Shown: piece after piece, positions 39,272-46,863 of the stretch
Layout: each line of letters starts with the position of its first letter
Numbering within the stretch: position 1 is the stretch's first letter
DNA from: an uncultured Actinomycetes bacterium
GTDB taxonomy: Bacteria; Actinomycetota; Thermoleophilia; Gaiellales; Gaiellaceae
Direction of reading: 5' to 3'
Assembly: GCA_963839285.1 (NCBI GenBank)
Contig: CAWIUN010000009.1
Coordinates: forward strand, 13,016-77,015
Length of the DNA stretch: 64,000 bases
Notes under the pieces: model-generated
The model's input: the letters and a program-made list of their open reading frames with translations, nothing else
What the model was told of the DNA's origin: nothing
Databases searched by the model: none
Made by a program: the position numbers and the translations under genes

Positions 39272-39847
39272 CTAGGCGGGCGTCGAGTAGCCGCGCATGC
39301 CCTCGACGAGCAGCGCGAAGAAGCGGTCGGCCAGCTCGCCCGTGTCCCGGCCCGGCTGCAGCCAGGTGTAGGCCCAGTTGCCGACCGAGAGGAAGAGCCG
39401 CGCGGCGGCGGCCTCGTCGAGGTCGGTGCGCAGCTCGCTCCGGTCGACGCCCTCGCGGAAGAGCGCCCGGATCCGCTCCTCGTAGCGGCGCCGCTCGGCG
39501 ACGAAGCGCTCGCGCGGCTCGCCCTCGAGGTAGCGCCACTCCTGCACGAAGACGGTCGCGACGTCGAGCTGCTCGGCGACGACGCGCAGGTGCGCGCGCA
39601 GCGCGAGCCGGATCCGCTCGACCGCGCGCGTCGCCTCGGGGACGCCGTCGAGCGCGGCGTGGAACGCCTCCGCGCCCTCGAGCGCCGTCGCCGCGAGCAG
39701 CTCCTGCTTCGAGGCGATGTGGTGGTAGAGCGAGCCCTTCTGGACGCCGAGCGCCTCGGCGATGTCGCCGATCGAGGTGCCGTGGTAGCCCTTGCGGGCG
39801 AAGAGGCGCGCGGCCTCGCGCGTCAGCTCGGAGCGCCTGGCGGACAT
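39272..39847 (-). CDS. TetR family transcriptional regulator, PaaR-like (divergent from paaABCD)
   Basis: MSARRSELTREAARLFARKGYHGTSIGDIAEALGVQKGSLYHHIASKQELL is a TetR HTH. Transcribed divergently from paaA. Confidence 0.85.
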   Translation of the reverse strand: MSARRSELTREAARLFARKGYHGTSIGDIAEALGVQKGSLYHHIASKQELLAATALEGAEAFHAALDGVPEATRAVERIRLALRAHLRVVAEQLDVATVFVQEWRYLEGEPRERFVAERRRYEERIRALFREGVDRSELRTDLDEAAAARLFLSVGNWAYTWLQPGRDTGELADRFFALLVEGMRGYSTPA

Positions 39848-39860
39848 GCTTGAATGGAGC

Positions 39861-39874
39861 CTAACGACCGTTCG
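39861..39874. promoter_or_regulatory. Putative PaaR operator (CTAACGACCGTTCG) in the 37-bp paaR-paaA divergent region
   Basis: Pseudopalindrome AACG-N2-CGTT, 10 nt upstream of the paaA ATG and overlapping its RBS region. It fits the CNAACGNNCGTTNG pattern I recall for Thermus PaaR (from memory, unverified). Confidence 0.45.
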
Positions 39875-39884
39875 GGAGGATCGC

Positions 39885-40780
39885 ATGGATCAGCGCGAGC
39901 AGGAGTTCCTCGAGTACGTGCAGGGCGGCGGCCAGGTCGAGACGACCGACTGGCTGCCCGACGACTACCGGGCGAAGCTGATCAAGTTCGTCGAGATGCA
40001 CGCGAACTCGGAGCTGATGGGCGTCCTGCCCGAGCGCGAGTGGATCCTGCGCGCGCCGACGCTGCAGCGGAAGCTCGCCCTGACCGCGAAGGTGCAGGAC
40101 GAGGTCGGGCACGCGCAGCTGATCTACCGCGTCGTCGAGGACCTCGGCAAGCCGCGCGAGGCCTGCCTCGCCGACCTCGTCTCCGGCACGAGCAAGTTCC
40201 ACAACGTCTTCCACTACCCGACGAAGACGTGGGGCGACGTGGGCGTGATCGCCTGGCTCGTCGACGCGGCCGCGATCATCTCCCAGAAGGCGCTGCTCCG
40301 GTGCTCGTACGCGCCCTACGCGCGGATCATGAAGAAGATCTGCTGGGAGGAGTCGTTCCACATCCTGCACGGGCGGGACGTGATCCTGGCGCTGATGACC
40401 GGCACCGACGAGCAGCGCGAGCTCGTCCAGGAGGCGGTCGACCGCTGGTGGGGGCCGCTGATGCAGTTCCACGGGAACCCGATCCCGCGCGACGAGGACC
40501 CGATGTACCTCTGGCGGATCAAGAGCCAGGGGAACGAGGAGGCCCGGCAGCAGTTCCTCGAGGGCTACGTGCCGCAGCTGCGCGAGCTCGGGCTCGAGAT
40601 CCCCGACCCGGCGCTCCGGCGCGGCGAGGACGGCGTCTGGGCCTACACCGAGCCCGACTGGGCCGAGCTGCGGCACGTCGTCACCGGCCACGGCCCGAAG
40701 ACCGAGGAGCGGCTCGCCTTCCGTCGCCGCTTCCTCGAGCAGGAGCGGTGGGTGCGCGACACGGTGCTGGGGCCGCGTGA
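39885..40780 (+). CDS. paaA: 1,2-phenylacetyl-CoA epoxidase subunit PaaA; reading frame slips near the 3' end (about 40760-40776)
   Basis: ATG 39885 with GGGAGGA RBS. Di-iron ligand motifs ELMG...EVGHAQ and EESFH. The expected stop is the TGA of the GTGA overlap with paaB (40778-40780), but it is in another frame. Confidence 0.9.
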
Positions 40781-41064
40781 TCTGGGAGGTCTTCCGCCGG
40801 GACCGCAAGGGGCAGCCGTTCGAGCACGCCGGCTCGATCGCGGCACCGGACGCGGCGTTCGCCGAGGCCTACGCGCGCGAGCAGTACGGCCGGCGAGGCG
40901 AGTCGGTCGCGCTCTGGCTCGTCCCCCGCGACGCCGTCCACGTCGTCGACGACTGGGCCGACGAGTTCGACCTCAAGTACCGGCGCGTCGACGGCTACTC
41001 GATCAAGGTGCGGCTGAAGGAGGCCCGTGAACGAGCAGGAACAGCTGCTCCTCGGCCTGGCTGA
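40777..41064 (+). CDS. paaB: 1,2-phenylacetyl-CoA epoxidase subunit PaaB
   Basis: 95 aa. [39 protein letters not shown]...[10 protein letters not shown] has typical PaaB length and pattern. Confidence 0.85.
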   Translation: MIWEVFRRDRKGQPFEHAGSIAAPDAAFAEAYAREQYGRRGESVALWLVPRDAVHVVDDWADEFDLKYRRVDGYSIKVRLKEARERAGTAAPRPG

Positions 41065-41665
41065 CGACGAGCTGATCGTCGGCTGGCGCGACTCCGAGTG
41101 GACGGGGATCGCGCCGGTGCTGGAGGAGGACGTCGCCTTCTCGTCGATCGCGCAGAACGAGATCGGCCACGCGCGCGCCGTCTACCAGCTGCTGACCGAG
41201 GACGCCGACGCGCTCGCGTTCGACCGGCGACCCGACGGCGTACCGCTGCGCGCCGCTCGTCGAGCTGCGGCTGCTCGACTGGGCGCCGACGATCGCGCGC
41301 CGGTGGCTGTACGAGCTCGCCGACGAGGTGCGGATCGAGCACCTGAAGAGGTCGGACGACGCGGCGCGTCGCCGGCCTCGCGGCGAAGATCGACCGCGAG
41401 GAGGCCTACCACCGCATGCACGCCGAGATGTGGGCGGAGCGGCTGCGCGGCGAGCCGCGCTTCGAGCGCCGCGCTGGAGGAGCTGTGGCCGTACGCGCTC
41501 GGCATCGTGCCGGCGGAGCTGCGCCCGGAGCTCGCCGAGCGCGCCGGCCGCCCAAGTGACGATCTGTCACAAGCGATCGAGCGCGGCGAGACGCTGGACG
41601 AGCTGCGCGAGCTCTGGGAGGAGATGACCGTCGTGCGGCGGAGCGCGCCGGGAGCGCAGTGGTGA
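41027..41665 (+). CDS. paaC: 1,2-phenylacetyl-CoA epoxidase subunit PaaC; three successive +1 frameshifts (about 41238, 41365, 41470)
   Basis: [50 protein letters not shown] / [42 protein letters not shown] / [26 protein letters not shown] / [12 protein letters not shown]... The frames run 2, 0, 1, 2. Confidence 0.8.
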   Translation: MNEQEQLLLGLADDELIVGWRDSEWTGIAPVLEEDVAFSSIAQNEIGHARAVYQLLTEDADALAFDRRPDGVPLRAARRAAAARLGADDRAPVAVRARRRGADRAPEEVGRRGASPASRRRSTARRPTTACTPRCGRSGCAASRASSAALEELWPYALGIVPAELRPELAERAGRPSDDLSQAIERGETLDELRELWEEMTVVRRSAPGAQW

Positions 41666-41677
41666 CAGAGGCGCGCG

Positions 41678-42178
41678 GTGGCCGACGCGATGGCGGTGAC
41701 CGCCGAGCAGGTCTGGGACGCGCTCGCGGAGATCCCCGACCCCGAGATCCCGGTGATCTCGCTGGTCGAGCTCGGCGTCGTCCGGGAGGTCGAGGTCGAC
41801 GGCGACCGCGTCCGGGTCGAGTTCACGCCGACGTTCCTCGGCTGCCCCGCGCTCGAGGCGATGCGGTCGCAGCTCGAGTCCGCGATCGCCGGGCTCGGCG
41901 GCGAGCCCGAGGTCGAGGTCGTCTCCGACGACTCCTGGTCGACCGACAGGATCACGCCCGCCGGCCGCGAGAAGCTCCGCGAGGCGGGCTTCGCGCCTCC
42001 CGCCCCGCGCGAGGCGACCGCGCCGAAGCTCGTGCAGCTGCAGGCGAAGGTCTTCCGCTGCCCCTACTGCGGCTCGACCGAGACCCGCCTCGACAACATC
42101 TTCGGCCCGACCCCCTGCCGCTCGATCCGCTACTGCGAGAGCTGCCGCCAGCCGTTCGAGCAGTTCAAGACGATCTAG
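41678..42178 (+). CDS. paaD: Phenylacetate-CoA oxygenase subunit PaaD (PaaJ; SUF/MIP18-like domain plus C-terminal Cys cluster)
   Basis: 166 aa. VWDALAEIPDPEIPVISLVELGVV...FTPTFLGCPA...CPYCGS...RYCESCRQPFEQFK. Confidence 0.9.
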   Translation: MADAMAVTAEQVWDALAEIPDPEIPVISLVELGVVREVEVDGDRVRVEFTPTFLGCPALEAMRSQLESAIAGLGGEPEVEVVSDDSWSTDRITPAGREKLREAGFAPPAPREATAPKLVQLQAKVFRCPYCGSTETRLDNIFGPTPCRSIRYCESCRQPFEQFKTI

Positions 42179-42375
42179 ATGACCCGACCCGTGACGAGAC
42201 GGTCCCGAGCGGTCGGATAGACGCGCGCGCGACGTGCAGGACCGGCGGAGTCGCGCGACTGACGGCCGGTGCGAGCCTCGGCGGCCGCCGCGGCCGACGC
42301 TGGTCGTGCGGGGGGACATACCTGGCCGTTTCGGCCACGCGCAGCAGCCGCGACGCCGTCACGATCCGTGTGGGG

Positions 42376-42585
42376 ATGGCGTCGTGGTGGGAGAAGAGCG
42401 CGAGCAGGACCCGGACGGCGTCCGGGTCCCGGTCGCGCCTCCTCGTCTGCGCCTCCTGCGGGTGCCCGAGCGGGCTGCAGGCGGCGGGCTGGCGCGGGTA
42501 CCGCGTCGAGGACACGGCAGACGGACGCGCGCCCGGCGCCGTCGTCTTCCGCTGTCCGTCCTGCGCCAGGAACCGCGCCGCCTGA
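42376..42585 (+). CDS. Hypothetical small zinc-ribbon protein (strand assignment ambiguous)
   Basis: 69 codons with about 95% GC3. Ends ...LLVCASCGCPSGLQAAGWRGYRVEDTADGRAPGAVVFRCPSCARN (CxxC-N29-CxxC). The antisense ORF 42165..42515 shares the same wobble positions, so GC3 cannot decide the strand. Confidence 0.3.
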   Translation: MASWWEKSASRTRTASGSRSRLLVCASCGCPSGLQAAGWRGYRVEDTADGRAPGAVVFRCPSCARNRAA

Positions 42586-42649
42586 CCGACGCAGGGCGCC
42601 CGGCGGCTGCTGCTGGCAGAATCGACGCGCTGCCTCCAGAATTCCTCCG

Positions 42650-44312
42650 ATGACGGCTGCGGCGGGAGACGCGGAACGGCTGCGGCGGCTGCAGGTCCTG
42701 TCCGACGCCGCGCTCGCGCACCTGCGGCTCGACGACCTGCTCGCGACCCTGCTCGAGCGGACGCGGGAGGTGCTCGAGGTCGACACCTGCGCGGTGCTGC
42801 TGCTCGACGAGCCCTCGAACGAGCTCGTCGCGCGCGCCGCCGTCGGGATCGAGGAGGAGGTCGAGCAGGGCGTCCGCATCCCCGTCGGCCGCGGCTTCGC
42901 CGGCCGCGTCGCAGCCCGCCGCCGGCCCGTGATCCTCGACGACGTCGACCACGCCGACGTGCTCAACCCGATCCTGCGCCAGAAGGGGATCAAGTCGCTG
43001 CTCGGCGTGCCGCTGCTCGTCGGCGGCGAGGCGATCGGCGTCCTCCACGTCGGCTCGCTGACCCCGCGCCTCTTCAGCACCGACGACACCGAGCTGCTGC
43101 AGCTCGCCGCCGACCGGGCCGCGATCGCGATCGAGCACGCGCGCCTCTACGAGGCCGAGCGGACGGCGCGGACCCGGATCGAGCACGTCCAGGCGATCAC
43201 CGACGCGGCGCTCGCGCACCTCGAGCTCGACGAGCTCCTCGCGCGTGCTCCTGCCGCGGATCCGCGAGATCCTCGGCGCCGACACCTGCGCGGTGCTGCT
43301 GCTCGACGAGCCCTCGAACGAGCTCGTCGCGCGCGCCGCCGTCGGGATCGAGGAGGAGGTCGAGCAGGGCGTCCGCATCCCCGTCGGCCGCGGCTTCGCC
43401 GGCCGCGTCGCCGCCCGCCGCCGGCCCGTGATCCTCGACGACGTCGACCACGCCGACGTGCTCAACCCGATCCTGCGCGAGAAGGGGATCAAGTCGCTGC
43501 TCGGCGTGCCGCTGCTCGTCGGCGGCGAGGCGATCGGCGTCCTCCACGTCGGCTCGCTGACCCCGCGCCTCTTCAGCGCCGACGACACCGAGCTGCTGCA
43601 GCTCGTCGCCGAGCGGGTCGCGATCGCGATCGAGCGGGCACGCCTGCACGAGGCGACGCTGCAGCTCGACCAGCTGCGGCTCGACTTCGTCGCGATCGCC
43701 TCGCACGAGCTGCGGACACCGGCCACCACGGTCTACGGCGTGCTGGCGACGCTGACGCAGATCGAAGGGCTCTCCGAGACCACGCGCGGCGAGCTGCTGC
43801 AGACCGGCTTCGAGCAGGCGGAGCGGCTGCGGCGGCTGCTCGAGCAGCTGCTCGACCTCTCGCGCCTCGACGCGGAGGCGATGCGGATCGAGCCGCGGCC
43901 GCTCGTCCTGCGCGGCACGATCGCGGAGATCGCGGCCGCGGCCCTGCCGGACGGACCGACCGTCGAGGTCGACGTCGCGGGCGACCTCGCGGCCTTCGCC
44001 GACCCGCTCGTGCTCGAGCGTGTCCTCTCGAACCTGCTCGCGAACGCCGCTCGCCACGGCGCGGAGCCGATCGTGGTCGCCGCCGAGCGGCGCGACCGGC
44101 ACCTGAGGATCGCGGTCGAGGATGCAGGCGGGGGCGTGCCCGACCACGTGCGGGTGCGGCTGTTCGAGCGGTTCGCACGCGGCGAGGAGGCGCGGGGCAG
44201 CGGCCTCGGGCTCTCGATCGCGCGGGCCTACGCACGCGCGCACGGCGGCGACCTCGTCTACGCGCCGACCGGGCAGGGCGCGCGCTTCGAGCTGATCGTG
44301 CCGCAGGGCTGA
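42650..44312 (+). CDS. Cytoplasmic sensor histidine kinase with two tandem near-identical GAF domains; +1 frameshift near 43244
   Basis: GAF1 (42.75-43.15 kb) and GAF2 (43.25-43.65 kb), then HisKA (FVAIASHELRTPATTV) and HATPase_c (NLLANAARHG, DAGGGVP, GSGLGLSIA). No TM segment. Confidence 0.85.
42782..43106 (+). repeat. Direct repeat copy 1 (GAF-domain core), about 99% identical to 43281..43605
   Basis: By-eye alignment gives 325 nt with 3 mismatches (positions equivalent to gca/gcc, cag/gag, acc/gcc codons). Confidence 0.85.
43281..43605 (+). repeat. Direct repeat copy 2 (GAF-domain core)
   Basis: Offset is 499 nt from copy 1: 498 nt (166 codons) plus the single inserted base that causes the frameshift. 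Confidence 0.85.
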
Positions 44313-44324
44313 GCGCGCGCCGGG

Positions 44325-44799
44325 TCAGCAGAGCCGGGCGAGGCGGCCGGTGTCGACGTCGTAGAGGAAGCCGCCGACCTCGAGGCCCTGCAGGTACGGG
44401 TACGAGCGCACCCGCTGCACGTCCGCGCGGACCGTGTCGGCCGGGTCGCTCGTCGCCAGGAAGGCGAGGCTGCGCGTGTCCGGGCCGCCGGCCTCCTCGA
44501 CGGCGGCGTGCAGGTCGTCCTCGCTGCCGGTCGTCATCCGGCAGCGCGTGTGTGCGATCACCATCGCCCGCTCGACGCCGAGCAGGTAGAAGGCGAGGAC
44601 GAGGGTGCGCAGGACGTCGTCCGTGACGCGCGCGCCCGCGTTGCGCAGGATCTTCGCGTCGCCGGGGCCGAGGCCGAGCATCGAGAGCGGCTCGATCCGC
44701 GAGTCCATGCAGGTGAGGATCGCGAGGCCGCGACCGGCGACGGGGCGGCCAGCGCCGCGGGCGTAGTGGCGGCGAGGAGTCGGCGAACGGGTGCGCCAC
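44325..44799 (-). CDS. Beta-class carbonic anhydrase; probable frameshift in the N-terminal about 30 codons (about 44770)
   Basis: LAILTCMDSRIEPLSMLGLGPGDAKILRNAGARVT...MVIAHTRCRM contains the CxDxR and HxxC zinc ligands. The ORF track starts at the internal Met of CMDSR. An upstream GTG at 44799 (VAHPFAD...) is in another frame. Confidence 0.8.
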
Positions 44800-44938
44800 G
44801 GCCGATCCTAGGACAGCGGGTCTTGGCGGCGAGGACGTCGTCCGCGAAACGGGCTCGTCGCGTCGAGTCCGACCCGGCGCCGGCATCCCGTCACGCTCGA
44901 GCCGGAGCAGGTCGGTCTAGCGCTAGGGTGTCCGGCGG

Positions 44939-45474
44939 ATGGCGAAGGGCTGGGTGGCGTTGCTGCGCGCGGTCAACCTGGGGCCGCGGAACCGCGTGCC
45001 GATGGCGGAGCTGCGCGCGCTGCTCGAGGCGGAGGGCTTCGAGGACGTGCGCACCTACATCGCGAGCGGCAACGTGCTCTTCCGCGCCGGCGGCGGGCGG
45101 GCGGCGCTCGCGCGCAGGCTCGAGGAGCTGATCGCGGCGCGCTTCGGCGTCGAGACCCCGGTCGTGCTGCGGAGCTTCGACGAGCTGCAGGCGGTCGCGT
45201 CCGGGCACCCGTTCGGGGACGACACCGCGCAGACGCACGTCACCTTCCTCGCCGCGAAGCCGTCCGCGAAGGCGGTCGCGGGCCTGCGCGCGCTCGAGCT
45301 CGGCGACGACACGGTCGCCGTCGTCGGCGCCGACGTCTACGCGCGGCTGCCGAACGGCGTCCAGGGCGCCCGGGCGACGGCCGCGGTGCTGGAACGGCAG
45401 CTCGGCGTCCCGGGCACGGCCCGCAACTGGCGCACCGTCACGAAGCTCGCCGAGCTGACCGCGCCGAGGCCTGA
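44939..45474 (+). CDS. DUF1697 domain-containing protein; 3' end uncertain
   Basis: MAKGWVALLRAVNLGPRNRVPMAELRALLEAEGFEDVRTYIASGNVLF...GTARNWRTVTKL matches DUF1697 over about 175 aa. The ORF itself stays open to 45721 as antisense of the next gene. An out-of-frame TGA at 45472-45474 sits at the expected end. Confidence 0.75.
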
Positions 45475-45692
45475 TCCACACGCCTCTCCCTCAGAGCCTG
45501 CGCGCAGACGAAGAGCTCGCGGTCGGGCTTGCGGGCGACCCGGACCGGCACGTGGTCGACCCGGAGCACCTTCCACCAGGCGCCGTGCTCGACGAGGGCG
45601 CCGACGCGCGGCGTCTCGTCGAACAGCTTCTCGTCCACGCTCCAGCGGCCGTCCGGGAACTCGAGCTTCAACGTGTAGACCCCTGCGCTCAT
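45438..45692 (-). CDS. Hypothetical small protein
   Basis: ATG 45692 is preceded by GGAGGAG at ideal spacing. MSAGVYTLKLEFPDGRWSVDEKLFDETPRVGALVEHGAWWKVLRVDHVPV... looks like a beta-rich globular sequence. No family recognised. Confidence 0.5.
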   Translation of the reverse strand: MSAGVYTLKLEFPDGRWSVDEKLFDETPRVGALVEHGAWWKVLRVDHVPVRVARKPDRELFVCAQALRERRVDQASARSARRAS

Positions 45693-45840
45693 CGGCTCCT
45701 CCGCTCCTGACCGGCTGCTGACGAAGCTGGCATCGACCGTCCCCGGCGGCCGCGGGACACCGGTTCGAGGGATCCGCGCGCGCCGCGGCTCTCCTCTCCC
45801 GCGAGGGATTCGCAGCCGGAAGCGGCCAGGCCGGACGTGG

Positions 45841-46624
45841 TTGGATAGGCGCGTGGAGCGGCGCTGCGCGATCGTGACGGGGGCCGGCACCGGCATCGGC
45901 CGCGCCGTCGCCTCCCGCTTGCGGCCGACGGGTACGGCGTCGTCCTCGTCGGCCGTCGCCGGGAGCCGCTCGAGCGTGTCGCCGCCGGGCTCGAGGACGC
46001 CGTCGTCGCGCCGGCGGACTGACCCGGCCGGACGAGCTCGAGACCGCCGTCGCCGCAGCGGCAGCCGCCTTCGGCGGCGTCGACCTGCTCGTCGCGAACG
46101 CCGGCGTCGGGACGAGCGCGGCGGTGCTGGAGGAGACCCCGGAGAGCTGGGAGACCACGCTCGGGATCAACCTGACGGGCGCCTTCCTCGCGACCCGTGC
46201 CGCGCTGCCGCACCTGCTCGAGCGGCGCGGCTCGGTCGTCTACGTCGCCTCGGTGAACGCGGTGCTGGCGGGACCGGGCTGGACGTCGTACTGCGTCTCG
46301 AAGGCGGGGCTCGTGATGCTCGCGAAGTGCGTCGCGGGCGACTACGGCCGCCGCGGCGTCCGCGCGAACGCGGTCTGCCCGGGCTGGGTGCGGACGCCGA
46401 TGGGCGACGAGGACATGGACCGTGTCGCCGCCGCGCGCGGCACCGACCGCGAGGGCGCCTACCGGCTCGTGCACGAGCGCCACCCGCTCGGCCGGGCCGC
46501 GGAGCCCGAGGAGGTCGCCTCGGTCGTCGCCTTCCTCGGCTCGGACGCGGCCGCCTACGTCACGGGCGCCTCGATCATGGTCGACGGCGGCACGACGGTC
46601 GTCGACCCGACCGCGCTCGCCTGA
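45841..46624 (+). CDS. SDR family oxidoreductase; two -1 frameshifts (about 45920 and about 46019)
   Basis: AIVTGAGTGIGRAVA / AADGYGVVLVGRR... / ...NAGV...SVNAVLAGPGWTSYCVSKAGL (YxxxK)...PGWVRTPM...TGASIMVDGG. Confidence 0.85.
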
Positions 46625-46647
46625 CCCCGCCTCGCTAGGATCGGGCC

Positions 46648-46863
46648 GTGGCGCGCGTCGAGATCCTCTACTGCCCCGTCTGAAGCGGGTACGACCGACG
46701 GGCCGCGAGTCTCGCGGCCGAGCTCGCGCAGCGCGGCATGGAGGCCGAGATCCGCGAGGGCGAGACGAGCCAGTTCGACGTGCTCGTCGACGGCGAGCTC
46801 GTCTTCTCGAAGCAGCGCGAGGGCCGCTACCCGGACGCCGACGAGCTCGCCACGCAGGTCTAG
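46648..46863 (+). CDS. SelW/Rdx-family redox protein; candidate selenoprotein with in-frame TGA (46681-46683) at the CxxU position
   Basis: GTG 46648 with AGGA 7 nt upstream. VARVEILYCPV-TGA-SGYDRRAASLAAELAQRGMEAEIREGETSQFDVLVDGELVFSKQREGRYPDADELATQV-TAG. The frame and high GC3 continue across the TGA. Compare mammalian SelW YCGAUGY. Missing from the ORF track because of the TGA. Confidence 0.6.
46701..46719 (+). promoter_or_regulatory. SECIS-like hairpin 17 nt downstream of the in-frame TGA
   Basis: Perfect 8-bp stem GGCCGCGA / UCGCGGCC with a GUC apical loop. The GU in the loop lies 28-29 nt from the U of UGA, within the spacing used by bacterial SECIS models. Confidence 0.45.

Noticed and set aside
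42165-42515. 116-aa minus-strand ORF after paaD
   Set aside because: It shares wobble positions with the plus-strand zinc-ribbon frame, so its high GC3 is not independent evidence. Its N- and C-terminal thirds are Arg/Pro/Ser-rich. It is not reported as a feature but is discussed as an ambiguity.
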